Of a DNA stretch of 64,000 bases, positions 30,476 to 40,195 are shown in pieces. The notes below the pieces were generated by a model that saw only the letters and a program-made list of their open reading frames with translations, was not told the origin of the DNA and did not search any database. The position numbers and the translations under genes are program-made. Origin of the DNA: Candidatus Poribacteria bacterium (lineage in GTDB: Bacteria; Poribacteria; WGA-4E; WGA-3G); the NCBI GenBank assembly GCA_964291315.2, contig OZ219751.1, forward strand, positions 56,896-120,895, written 5' to 3'. Position 1 is the first letter of the stretch. Every line of letters starts with the position of its first letter.

Positions 30476-30820
30476 ATGAATTTAATTGAATCTGTTGAAC
30501 GCCAATATATGAAAAGTGATATTCCTGAGTTTGGCCCGGGGGATATCGTCAAGGTGAACACCCGTATCCGCGAAGGGGAAAAGGAGCGCATTCAGACGTA
30601 CGAAGGGACCGTTATTCGTCGAGCGCACGGCGGATTACGATCGACATTTACGGTCCGAAGGGTCGCTTTCGGCACCGGAAGTGAGAGAACCTTCCCCCTT
30701 CATTCACCTAATATTGAGAGCATCCAGGTCGTTCGATATGGGGCAGTCCGCCGCGCAAAATTGTATTACTTGCGCGACCGCACTGGTAGAGCCGCACGCG
30801 TCAAAGAACGCAGAAGGTAG
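30476..30820 (+). CDS. rplS: 50S ribosomal protein bL19
   Basis: [21 protein letters not shown]. Confidence 0.98.
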   Translation: MNLIESVERQYMKSDIPEFGPGDIVKVNTRIREGEKERIQTYEGTVIRRAHGGLRSTFTVRRVAFGTGSERTFPLHSPNIESIQVVRYGAVRRAKLYYLRDRTGRAARVKERRR

Positions 30821-30824
30821 CTTG

Positions 30825-31421
30825 ATGAAAATGAACGTTTTTGAGGTTGCTTCCCGGCAAAGCGGCTATCGACAGATTGCAGGCATTGATGAGGCAGGCC
30901 GAGGCGCACTGGCGGGGCCCGTCATTGCCGCTGCCGTCATTTTACCCTTTAATTGTGAGATTGACGGTTTGAATGATTCCAAGCAGTTATCCGCCAAGCA
31001 GCGGAACCAACTCTCTGGCGAAATCTACCGTACCGCTGTGTCGATAGGCATCGGCTCCATCGATAATCACGGTATTGACCGTTTAAATATTCTTAATGCT
31101 ACTTTATTAGCAATGCAGGAGGCTGTTGAAAAACTGGCTTCACAGCCCGATTATCTGCTCGTTGACGGTTTATATCTTCCGCAAGTAGATATTCCCGGCG
31201 AGGCTATTCCAAAGGGGGACTCCCAAAGTTATTCGATCGCCGCTGCCTCTATTATCGCTAAAACCACGCGCGACAGGCTCATGATTGAGCTGGATCGCAC
31301 CTACCCCACTTATGGATTCCCCAAACACAAAGGATATCCGACATCACAGCATCGACAAGCAATCGCAAAGTTTGGCGCGTCCGATATTCATCGACACACC
31401 TTTAAACTCTCGGTGAGATGA
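30825..31421 (+). CDS. rnhB: Ribonuclease HII
   Basis: GIDEAGRGALAGPV, DSK, KGD, IAAASIIAK; start moved to the ATG after rplS. Confidence 0.96.
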   Translation: MKMNVFEVASRQSGYRQIAGIDEAGRGALAGPVIAAAVILPFNCEIDGLNDSKQLSAKQRNQLSGEIYRTAVSIGIGSIDNHGIDRLNILNATLLAMQEAVEKLASQPDYLLVDGLYLPQVDIPGEAIPKGDSQSYSIAAASIIAKTTRDRLMIELDRTYPTYGFPKHKGYPTSQHRQAIAKFGASDIHRHTFKLSVR

Positions 31422-31476
31422 TCACATCGAACTATGTCCGTAAGTTTCCTACGCGCATTACTAACGGAAGATAAAC

Positions 31477-31851
31477 ATGGATCGTTCACGCTTGAGCACT
31501 GCAAAAATTGGGGAGGCGTTGGCAATCGCGCACCTCAAAGCACATGGGTGTAAAATCCTTGTACAGAACTACCGGGCGGAGCGCGGAGAAATAGATCTAA
31601 TCGTCAAGGACAGAGAATTTATTGTTTTTGTGGAAGTTAAGACGCGGCGAAGCCTCAAATTTGGGATACCACAAGCGGCTGTAACCAAACAAAAACAGAA
31701 ACAAATTTCAAAAATAGCCTCGGCATATTTACAGTCAGAAGAACTCTGGGATACCCCTTGTCGTTTTGATGTTATTGGCATCCACCTGTCATATCAGTCT
31801 GAGTTATTGCACCTTGAGCACATTGAAAGCGCATTTGAATTCCAGCAGTAA
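31477..31851 (+). CDS. yraN: YraN/UPF0102 endonuclease-like protein
   Basis: GEIDLI, FVEVKTR, RFDVI. Confidence 0.93.
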   Translation: MDRSRLSTAKIGEALAIAHLKAHGCKILVQNYRAERGEIDLIVKDREFIVFVEVKTRRSLKFGIPQAAVTKQKQKQISKIASAYLQSEELWDTPCRFDVIGIHLSYQSELLHLEHIESAFEFQQ

Positions 31852-31879
31852 AGCGAGGCGGCGAAGCCTCGTTCTACTG
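31846..31879. repeat. REP-like palindrome / bidirectional terminator
   Basis: CAGTA-AAGCGAGGC-GGCGAA-GCCTCGTTC-TACTG; contains GTAG at its 5' end on the minus strand; lies between convergent genes. Confidence 0.55.
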
Positions 31880-31898
31880 TTTGTTCGGACATCCTCAA

Positions 31899-32516
31899 TT
31901 ATTTGCGAGCCGGTTCTGGTTCTAATGCAGGATAGATTTCTATATCGGAACGGGTAATCATCTTGCCAACATAGAAGGTTAGCCAACCTCCACAGAGTTC
32001 AATAGACATAAATTTGTCCTCACCGGCGATATATTCGTGGAGTTCAGCCTCAAATTTCTCTTCTCCTGTAACATCTGTGACAGTGAGGATCGCAGGAACA
32101 ACTTCTTGGCGACTGTATTCAACCGCGGTTTCACTGTGTTCGTTATCTGGGTCTGGAAAATAGAGAGTCATCTCGTCTGGCAACGGATCACCGATCTCAC
32201 ACTCATCATCAACAAACCACCGGGAGAGCTCGTAATCTTCTTTCGTTCCTGCTACATGGTCAACACCAATGACGACTTCCTCCTCTGCGTCCCGGATATG
32301 ATACATATAGCGCAGGAGGGCGCCCCTTTCATACTTCTTTCGGGTAACAAGCTTGAAAGCATGTGATGTATCCCCTGTCTCTTCATACGTGGTAAGGTCA
32401 CGGAGTTCGATCATGCTATCAATCGGAATATCGATTAGCTCGTGCCGTTCTGTTTTTTTTGAGTCAGTATCTTTTCGCTTGCCAAACAGCGATTTTCCTT
32501 TACCGAATAGTGCCAT
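31899..32516 (-). CDS. Acidic hypothetical protein, DUF4178/DUF2491-like
   Basis: N-terminal MALFGK..LFGK; C-terminal MSIE....WLTFYVGK.I...DIEI. Family resemblance judged by eye. Confidence 0.6.
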   Translation of the reverse strand: MALFGKGKSLFGKRKDTDSKKTERHELIDIPIDSMIELRDLTTYEETGDTSHAFKLVTRKKYERGALLRYMYHIRDAEEEVVIGVDHVAGTKEDYELSRWFVDDECEIGDPLPDEMTLYFPDPDNEHSETAVEYSRQEVVPAILTVTDVTGEEKFEAELHEYIAGEDKFMSIELCGGWLTFYVGKMITRSDIEIYPALEPEPARK

Positions 32517-32524
32517 CCTATCAC

Positions 32525-33679
32525 CTAAAAATAACCTTTATTATACATGACTAACATAATTACACCAACAACGAGGAGGCTTCCGAAGATAAGGAGAAAC
32601 CATGTTGTACCTGAGGCTTTCTTCTCAAGGACAACTGTGCGCGTTTCTGGTGGTGCACGTGTTGAGGTTGTTTTGGAGGCTTTTGCTGTCACTGCTGGTG
32701 TTTCTTCAACAGTTGCAAGCAGTTCTGCTTTTAAAGCTTCTTCATCTGGAAGTGCCTCAACAGTGAATACTTCCGTATTTTTCCCATAAAATTTATCGGG
32801 ATTTTCTTCTACATAGCTTGCGGTATAATTTTCATCGGGATTGGTGCCGGGATCTACGTAATTCGAGTTTGGTTCGATGCCTTGACTTTCGTAGTAGGCC
32901 TTATAACGTTCGTATTCTGCTTGTTTCTCGGCACTCCAATGCGATCGGTCATAATTTCGGTGGTGATAGTGCCACATGTAGCTATGCCGAATCGCATGGT
33001 TGTAGTAGTCGTGGAAATAGATACCGAATAAAAGGTTGTTGAATGCCATAGAGGCACCCAAACTATACATTGAATACCCCATGTTGGGATAATAACCGCC
33101 AAAATTGTTGACGTTGATAGTTTCTCGCTGTTGCCGCCGAGCGCGTGCCGTATCCCGGTTAGCTCTTCTAACTTGGCGTTTCAGGCTACGGTTCTCCGCC
33201 TTGAGTTGTCGTACCTGTTTTCGATTTTGAGCTTTCACTTGTCGTTGTTGACCACGTGTCGCACTCCGAGCTGCTGTTGTGCTTTGAGTTGACGTACTAC
33301 TTGGTGTAACTCTAGCACGGTTCGTAGCAGTTTGCCGTTGCCGTGCTGTAGTGCTAGCACGAGTACTCGTACTCTTCGATGATGTGCTACTTCTATTGTA
33401 GGTGCTTCCAGTACTCCGTGTTGTGCGAGATGTTGAAGTTCTTGGAGTCGTGGAGCTCCTACTCCGTGAGGTCGAATAACTTCTACTTGTAGTAGAACGA
33501 GTGGATCGTTTTGGTGTATAGCTCCGTCTGCTTGAGCTGCGGCTGTAACTGCGGCTGCGGCTGTAGCTCCTGCCTCCCCTGGAGCCGCGGCGACTCTCTA
33601 CGATATCCGGGGCAAAACTAAACAGAAAAACAACCAGAACCACGACGACCGAGAACTTGTGAAATTTATTATGTATCAT
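32525..33679 (-). CDS. Membrane-anchored low-complexity protein (Arg/Ser/Thr-rich, His/Tyr-rich core)
   Basis: Signal peptide, RS/T-rich tract, coiled coil, HDYYNH..WHYHH core, C-terminal TM helix; strong AAGGAGG RBS. Confidence 0.8.
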   Translation of the reverse strand: MIHNKFHKFSVVVVLVVFLFSFAPDIVESRRGSRGGRSYSRSRSYSRSSSRRSYTPKRSTRSTTSRSYSTSRSRSSTTPRTSTSRTTRSTGSTYNRSSTSSKSTSTRASTTARQRQTATNRARVTPSSTSTQSTTAARSATRGQQRQVKAQNRKQVRQLKAENRSLKRQVRRANRDTARARRQQRETINVNNFGGYYPNMGYSMYSLGASMAFNNLLFGIYFHDYYNHAIRHSYMWHYHHRNYDRSHWSAEKQAEYERYKAYYESQGIEPNSNYVDPGTNPDENYTASYVEENPDKFYGKNTEVFTVEALPDEEALKAELLATVEETPAVTAKASKTTSTRAPPETRTVVLEKKASGTTWFLLIFGSLLVVGVIMLVMYNKGYF

Positions 33680-33716
33680 CTTGATCCTCCTTAGGATTGG
33701 ATTTTCGAGAAAAAAC

Positions 33717-33745
33717 TTGACAAAAGACTCTGAATTTGTTAAAAT
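33717..33745 (+). promoter_or_regulatory. sigma70-type promoter for tRNA-Arg
   Basis: TTGACA-17nt-TAAAAT. Confidence 0.75.
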
Positions 33746-33795
33746 ATTTCTAAAGACATATATGAGTTTGAAATCTTGCTTGCTTTTGAACTTAT

Positions 33796-33869
33796 GTGCC
33801 TGTAGCTCAGTTGGATAGAGCGTTAGCCTCCGGAGCTAAAGGTCGGGCGTTCGAGTCGCCCCAGGCACG
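33796..33869 (+). tRNA. tRNA-Arg (anticodon CCG)
   Basis: Acceptor GTGCCTG/CAGGCAC, anticodon arm TTAGC-CTCCGGA-GCTAA, T loop TTCGAGT; CCA not encoded. Confidence 0.97.
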
Positions 33870-34186
33870 TTTAAGGCTTTGAATGTTTATATCTTTTTAT
33901 TAGGATAACATAGGTTAGAAAGAGAAGTCAAGGGAAATTCTAGAGCTCTGTAAAGACTTATTGGTGTTCATCCGGTAGATAACACTGAATTTTTCATTAC
34001 CATTTGTAGGAGCAACCTCCCGATAGCGATCTGTAAACTTCTCAGTGAGGATTGGATTCCGCAGATGATCCTCGGCAAAAAGCAAAAACACCGCATTCTT
34101 ACGTTCCACTCGACCTATGCATATCACTGGAACGTTTCAAACGTTACAATTTCCCAAATATCAGTTTTGATATGATTAAGGAAAAT

Positions 34187-35071
34187 ATGGCACTTGACGT
34201 ACGAGACGAACGACTTTTAGGATTGATTGATGCCGAAGCAGTTGTCGAACAACTAGCAACAGGCTGCCAATTTACCGAGGGGCCCCTCTGGCATGCTACG
34301 GAGCGGTTCCTACTTTTTAGTGATATCCCGGCAAATAAGATACGGAGATGGGATGCTGCCTCCGGTATGACCGTTTTCCGGGATCCATCCGGAAAGTCAA
34401 ACGGCTTGACTTATGATAAAGGGGGGCACCTTATCGCCTGTGAACATGAAAACCGTAGGGTGTCGCGTACAACGGCAGATGGACAAGTCATCACAATCGC
34501 CTCCCATTATGAAGGGAAACGTTTGAATAGCCCTAACGACATCGTAGTGAAGTCCGATGGCAGCATCTATTTCACCGATCCACCTTACGGTTTAAGTGCT
34601 GCATATGGAAGCCTGTCAGAGAAAGAACTAGATTTTCAGGGGGTCTATCGCTTGTCTCGCAATGGGGACACGTTAACGCTTCTCGTTGATGACTTTGACA
34701 GACCTAATGGTCTCTGTTTTTCACCTGATGAATCGATCCTTTATATCAATGACACCGAACGAATGCATATCCGCGCATTTGATGTGCAATCCGATGGCAC
34801 AATTGCAAATGGACGAGTCTTTGGTGAGGAAGATGGGAATAACGGCAAGCCTGACGGAATGAAAGTAGATACGCGAGGAAATGTCTATCTGACGGGACCT
34901 GATGGAATTTGGGTCTTCGCACCAGATAAAACACACCTCGGGATTATTCTTGTCCCCGAACGCGCAGCTAACTTGGCGTGGGGCGGTGATAGCTGGAAAA
35001 GTCTCTTCATCACAGCGAGCACTTCGCTTTATCGCGTGGAATGCAAGGTAGCAGGAGTCGCAGTTCCCTAA
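34187..35071 (+). CDS. SMP-30/gluconolactonase family protein
   Basis: FTEGPLW, SNGL, LNSPND, FTDPPYG, PNGLCFSPDE, PDGMKVD. Confidence 0.93.
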   Translation: MALDVRDERLLGLIDAEAVVEQLATGCQFTEGPLWHATERFLLFSDIPANKIRRWDAASGMTVFRDPSGKSNGLTYDKGGHLIACEHENRRVSRTTADGQVITIASHYEGKRLNSPNDIVVKSDGSIYFTDPPYGLSAAYGSLSEKELDFQGVYRLSRNGDTLTLLVDDFDRPNGLCFSPDESILYINDTERMHIRAFDVQSDGTIANGRVFGEEDGNNGKPDGMKVDTRGNVYLTGPDGIWVFAPDKTHLGIILVPERAANLAWGGDSWKSLFITASTSLYRVECKVAGVAVP

Positions 35072-35508
35072 TGCCAATAGAAATTAATATCAAACGCATA
35101 GACAAAACTCTCCCATTGCCGAAATATGAGACAGCAGGTTCTGTCGGATTTGATTTGATCTGCCGAGAATCGGCAGAGATTCAGGCACATTCCATCGCTC
35201 TCATTCCGGCGAACGTCATCGTTGAAACACCGCCCGGTTATACGTTAATGGTCTGCTTGAGAAGCAGCACCCCGCGCAAATTTGGGCTGATGATACCGCA
35301 AGGAGTAGGCATTGTCGATAACGATTATTGTGGGGCAGAAGATGAACTAAAAATTCAGGTCTACAATTTCACAGATAAGGTGGTGAATGTTCAGAGAGGC
35401 ACCAGGATCGCGCAAGCCGTTTTTGTACGCGTAGATACAGCAAGATGGAATGAGGTTGAGGAGGTGAACTCAGCCTCTCGCGGAGGCTTTGGTAGTACAG
35501 GTCAATAG
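35071..35508 (+). CDS. dut: dUTP diphosphatase
   Basis: GSVGFDL, RSS, GIVDNDY, RIAQ, RGGFGSTG; TAATG coupling to the upstream gene. Confidence 0.95.
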   Translation: MPIEINIKRIDKTLPLPKYETAGSVGFDLICRESAEIQAHSIALIPANVIVETPPGYTLMVCLRSSTPRKFGLMIPQGVGIVDNDYCGAEDELKIQVYNFTDKVVNVQRGTRIAQAVFVRVDTARWNEVEEVNSASRGGFGSTGQ

Positions 35509-35694
35509 ACATGAAACGCAACAGTTAATAAAGAAATCAAAACCGGATGAACAAAAATTATGGATGTTGTGAACTGATTCTTCCGGCATCGATTGCGATC
35601 TTACTCGGTAACGGCAGTCACTTCTTCAGATGACAAGATTCTTTTTTAGCTGATTATTCCAACTACCACAAGCGATCCAACTACCGGCAATAAA

Positions 35695-36430
35695 TTGATT
35701 GAGACGAAAATTCTTAATAGCAACACACACAATGAATTTTCTTTTTTTCTTAACGGCTTATCGATTGACACAGTAACCCTTCAAACTATTGATATATTAG
35801 GAAACATTTCAAACAAATGTTTCCGCCTCGTTCCCAAAGAGGATATTAATGGTGACGGCATCGTTACCCTTGATGATATAACGGAAGTGGTAGGACGTTT
35901 TGGGCAGGCCGGAGAAAATATCGCTGACGTTGATGAAAATGGAGTGGTTGATGCTGGCGATATACTCCTTGTGGCAAGAGCTCTTGATGAACAGAATGTT
36001 AATTCCCTCTCGCTACTGTTTGTCTCGCTGAAAAAGGAAGAAATTCAGAGGTGGATAACCTTGGCTTATCAACAAAGGTACACTTCAGACTTTTATCAAC
36101 AAGTTATCAATTTTCTAAAAAGCATAGTGACAGATAGGTTACCGAAGTGTACCCTACTATTACCGAATTATCCAAACCCTTTTAATCCTGATACTCGGCT
36201 TCCTTATCAATTAGCCGAACCTGCAGTCGTGACGTTGAATATCTGTGCAACAGCACTTTGGTCCGGACTTTGCTGCTTGGCTGTCAACTTCCTACTATAC
36301 GAACAAAAATCGTGCTGTTTATTGGAATGGTTATAATAACTTTGGGGAACCTGTTGCAAGCGGAGCCTATTTCTATCAATTACACACTAATGAAATTTCG
36401 CTACTGCGAAAGATGGTTGTTTTGAAGTAG
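35695..36430 (+). pseudogene. Frameshifted dockerin/EF-hand plus FlgD-Ig-like C-terminal module
   Basis: EDINGDGIV, ADVDENGVV, LLPNYPNPFNP; then TLVRTL in a second frame and AVYWNG.N.FGEPVASGAYFY..RKMVVLK in a third frame. Confidence 0.8.
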
Positions 36431-36594
36431 GATTAAGTATGCACATATTAAACGGGTAATCAGAAAGAATGAGCGGAAGTGAGAAAATCAAAACCGTATC
36501 TCACATGTGAGAAGAGACAGGAATCTATTTTGTCAAGCAGGTATTGAGTAGTATAAAGACTGGGAAACATGAGGCAAGAGGGGTCCCTTAAGAT

Positions 36595-37113
36595 ATGGTA
36601 GTTTCAATGATCGCAGCAATGGATAAAAAGCGCCTTATCGGCAACGGAACCGACATCCCGTGGCAGATGCCAGCCGACCGGCGACATTTTCGCGACATGA
36701 CAGTCGGGAAACCTGTCGTTATGGGACGCAAAACTTTTGAGACCCTCAAACGACCTTTGGGTAAGCGGCACAACATCATACTTACGCGGAACACAGCTTA
36801 TAAGGGTCCCAAAGGTTGTAGCGTCGCACATTCAGTAGATGCCGTTTTCGAACTGTGTAAGGGTGCCGTAGAACTTATGATATGCGGTGGGGCCCCTATT
36901 TATGCAGCTTTTCTACCACACGCAAACCGACTCTACCTTACGCAGATTCATGCTACATTTGAGGGCGATGTCTATTTCCCTGAATTTGACATTACAGTGT
37001 GGAAGGAAGTAAAACGCCTTAACTGCGAACCTGATGAGAGAAATCCGTATCCGTACAGTTTCCTGTTTTTAAAGAGAAAGGGTAGAATTGCACACAACGT
37101 TATTTCTATTTAA
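36595..37113 (+). CDS. folA: Dihydrofolate reductase
   Basis: IPWQMPAD, VVMGRKTF, RPL..R.NIILTR, GG..IY, GDVYFP. Confidence 0.96.
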   Translation: MVVSMIAAMDKKRLIGNGTDIPWQMPADRRHFRDMTVGKPVVMGRKTFETLKRPLGKRHNIILTRNTAYKGPKGCSVAHSVDAVFELCKGAVELMICGGAPIYAAFLPHANRLYLTQIHATFEGDVYFPEFDITVWKEVKRLNCEPDERNPYPYSFLFLKRKGRIAHNVISI

Positions 37114-37760
37114 CCTAACAGACAGAAACCTGTGTTTAATTTGTGTATGCTCTGAGTTCTTTTGAATATGGTTCCGAGACTTCGTTGACTGTCTGCAAAA
37201 GGCTTGTTGAAAACATTACCCTATTCAAACCAATCTGGCCCTCTACAGTTCGGAAGGTGACAAATCTTCTTTATTCGTACTATGATGATTCCCGAGGTCT
37301 TGTTAGCTTTTACGTGTTCTCTCAATACAGAAGAGGTATCGATCATTGATATTTCCAGGCACTTTATATTCTTTGCACGCTCGGCTATTGGCTCATATAT
37401 CTCGTGCATCGCCAAAATAGAAAAACGGCATCAAATCGGGAAATGCATTGTGTCTTAAAAATATCTCTGAGCTCTTACAATATCTAGAAAATCACAGTTT
37501 TATACAAAGGACCGGTGATAAAAGTTCAACCTAGACTCGTCAATGGGATCTTTAAAAAAAATATTTAGCAATGCTACTGCTGTTTTGTTGAGACGTAAAC
37601 GAGAAAACATTCAGGGCGTTTACATAGCGAAGAACACGTCTGTTATACTTCATTGGGACTTCAAGAAGATTTTGGAGATGTCCCATTTCTACGATTTCCG
37701 GCGCAAAATATTTTATTGATGCCTAGACGAATATAATAAAACTCAGAGCACTTTAGAAAT

Positions 37761-39020
37761 ATGAAAAAACTGACGATTATAAATGGTGATATCTATACCC
37801 CAACGCATTATGGGCATGGAAGCGTTGTCATTCAAGGGGACACAATTTCAGACATAACACCGGATACACTTCAGCCAGTAGGCGACGTTGTCGATGCCTC
37901 AGGATGTTTTGTCATTCCGGGGCTAATTGATAGCTTGGCGCATGGCGGCGGTGGCTGTAGTAGCATGAGTGGTAAGATTGAGGATATTGCTACGATCGCT
38001 CGCGCACACGCTCGTCATGGTGTTACCTCGTTGGTGTTGGGCATTTCCTCGGGGAGCATGACGCAGATTAACAGTGCCTTAACGACTATTGCACATGTTG
38101 TTGATGAACCAGTAGTAGACGGGGCACAGATTTTGGGGTCGTATGTAGAAGGAAAATTTGGGAGCCTCTCCAAAAACGGAGCACAAAACGCCAGGTACAT
38201 TACACCGCCGAACTTTGAAGAGTTTCACACCATGTGGGCAGCTTCTGACGGTACTTTAAAAGTAATTTCCCTCGCTCCTGAAAACGATGAAAACTTCCAG
38301 TTTGTTAGGCATCTCGCGAAGTACGGGGTTGACGCTTACAATAACATTATCATTGCTATGGGCCACACGAATGCAACTTATGAACAAGCAATGGCGGCGA
38401 TTGATGCGGGCGTGACGCGCGCCACACATACCTACAACGGTATGAGCGGTATGCACCATCGGGCACTCGGGGCAATAGAAGCCGTTCTCGCTCACCCAGA
38501 TATCCACGCAGAACTCATTGTTGATGAGCATCATGTACACCCTTTTTGGGGGAGCCACTTGATTCAGCAAAAGGGAATCCAGGCTGTTGGGTTGATCACA
38601 GATTGTACTGAACTTGCAGGGGTACCCACTGATGACTGGCGGGCATCAGCAATTTATGTTCCTGCTATTGATGCTTATCGTCTCAGTGACGACACAATTT
38701 GTGAGAAAGATACTGCCTTTGAAGCCGGTAGCACGAAAAAATACGTACGTAATAACGCTATGTGGCTTGATGTCGGTAAGCCTACCGAACGCCTTGCCGG
38801 CGCTACAATTACGCTTATAGACGGGATCCGCAATGTTATGAATTGGGGGTACTCTCTCCAAGAGACGTTAACGATGGCCACATTGACCCCGGCGCAGAAT
38901 TTAGGTGTGTCCACATCGATCGGTTCTATCGCGTCCGGGAGAATAGCGGATATTGTTATTGTGGACAAAAATTTGACCGTTCAGAACGTCGTCTTACGTG
39001 GAAAATTGCTCAAAAATTAG
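37761..39020 (+). CDS. nagA: N-acetylglucosamine-6-phosphate deacetylase-like amidohydrolase (divergent)
   Basis: PGLID...HGGGG, EG, LAPE, GHTNA, THTYNGM, LITD, LAG, ADIV. Confidence 0.8.
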   Translation: MKKLTIINGDIYTPTHYGHGSVVIQGDTISDITPDTLQPVGDVVDASGCFVIPGLIDSLAHGGGGCSSMSGKIEDIATIARAHARHGVTSLVLGISSGSMTQINSALTTIAHVVDEPVVDGAQILGSYVEGKFGSLSKNGAQNARYITPPNFEEFHTMWAASDGTLKVISLAPENDENFQFVRHLAKYGVDAYNNIIIAMGHTNATYEQAMAAIDAGVTRATHTYNGMSGMHHRALGAIEAVLAHPDIHAELIVDEHHVHPFWGSHLIQQKGIQAVGLITDCTELAGVPTDDWRASAIYVPAIDAYRLSDDTICEKDTAFEAGSTKKYVRNNAMWLDVGKPTERLAGATITLIDGIRNVMNWGYSLQETLTMATLTPAQNLGVSTSIGSIASGRIADIVIVDKNLTVQNVVLRGKLLKN

Positions 39021-39067
39021 AAAATTTGTAAAGTTTCCTGATTTTCTGCTTTTTTTGAAAAAAAAAT

Positions 39068-39096
39068 TTGACAATTCATTATTCACACTGTATAAT
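39068..39096 (+). promoter_or_regulatory. Consensus sigma70 promoter of the str operon
   Basis: TTGACA-17nt-TATAAT with an upstream A tract. Confidence 0.85.
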
Positions 39097-39270
39097 ATTT
39101 AACTTGGAAACCCTAATTCAATCTTTTTGTAGAAACGGGGGCAACTATTCAGAAACATTCTAACGTCATGTCTAACATTCCACGTTAATTTGTTCTGCTA
39201 AAATTAGGATGCCCCGTGTGGGGCTTTTTTAATTGACAAGCCCACGGATATGGTCTGGCGGAGGTGCAAA

Positions 39271-39642
39271 ATGCCAACAATTAACCAACTCATCAAAAAA
39301 CCGCGTAAACGGTACCGGAAGAAAACCAAGTCGCCGGTGTTGCAGCAGTGTCCCCAGCGGCGTGGTATCTGTTTACAAGTGAAAACAGTAACCCCTAATA
39401 AACCCAATTCGGCTTTGCGTAAGGTTGCTCGTGTACGGTTTACTTCTGGCTACGAAGCCACGTGTTACATCCCAGGAATCGACCACAACCTGCAAGAACA
39501 CTCGGTCGTTTTGGTTCGCGGTGGACGCGTCAAAGACCTTTCCAACGTCCGTTATCACATTGTTCGTGGCAAGTTGGATACTGCAGGTGTTGACAACCGC
39601 CGCCAAGGGCGTTCAAAATACGGTGCACGCAAACCCGGCTAA
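39271..39642 (+). CDS. rpsL: 30S ribosomal protein uS12 (atypical residues)
   Basis: MPTINQL, PNSALRK, HNLQEH, RSKYG. Confidence 0.98.
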   Translation: MPTINQLIKKPRKRYRKKTKSPVLQQCPQRRGICLQVKTVTPNKPNSALRKVARVRFTSGYEATCYIPGIDHNLQEHSVVLVRGGRVKDLSNVRYHIVRGKLDTAGVDNRRQGRSKYGARKPG

Positions 39643-39660
39643 ACAACGGAGGGAAAAAGC

Positions 39661-40131
39661 ATGCCGAGACGTGGAAATATTACAAAACGTGACGTTAACC
39701 CTGATGCAACTTACAATAGCAAACTCGTCTCAAAGTTTATTAACAGCCTCATGTTAGATGGAAAGAAAAGCACTGCTCAGGGTATCTTGTACGAGAGTTT
39801 TAAGATTATAGAGTCACGGACAAATGAAGACGGTTTTACTGTTTTCAAGCAAGCGATTAACAACGTCAAACCAGTATTGGAAATTCGACCCAGACGTGTC
39901 GGGAGCCAGACCTACCAGGTACCTGTTGATGTGAAGGCAGAGCGGAAACAACGATTGGCCTTCAGCTGGATTATCCAATCGGCACGTTCTCGCGGTGAGA
40001 GACGGATGGCTGAACGTCTCGCTGGGGAAATAATGGAGGCCTCGCGGAATGAAGGCGGCGCGATTCGTAGAAAAATGGATCAACATCGGATGGCAGATGC
40101 TAACCGCGCTTTCTCACATTATCGATGGTAA
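39661..40131 (+). CDS. rpsG: 30S ribosomal protein uS7
   Basis: MPRRG, DGKKS, YQVP, ANRAFSHYRW. Confidence 0.98.
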   Translation: MPRRGNITKRDVNPDATYNSKLVSKFINSLMLDGKKSTAQGILYESFKIIESRTNEDGFTVFKQAINNVKPVLEIRPRRVGSQTYQVPVDVKAERKQRLAFSWIIQSARSRGERRMAERLAGEIMEASRNEGGAIRRKMDQHRMADANRAFSHYRW

Positions 40132-40195
40132 AACCGTGAGCCCGGTCCTTGCACCACAATAGATTAAAAAATAAAATAATAGGAGTCACTCAACC

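Noticed and set aside
33870-34186. Island integrated at tRNA-Arg
   Set aside because: No integrase and no duplicated tRNA 3' end seen.
37120-37760. Short ORFs in the folA-nagA gap
   Set aside because: No recognisable motifs; may be decayed sequence, but I cannot support a call.
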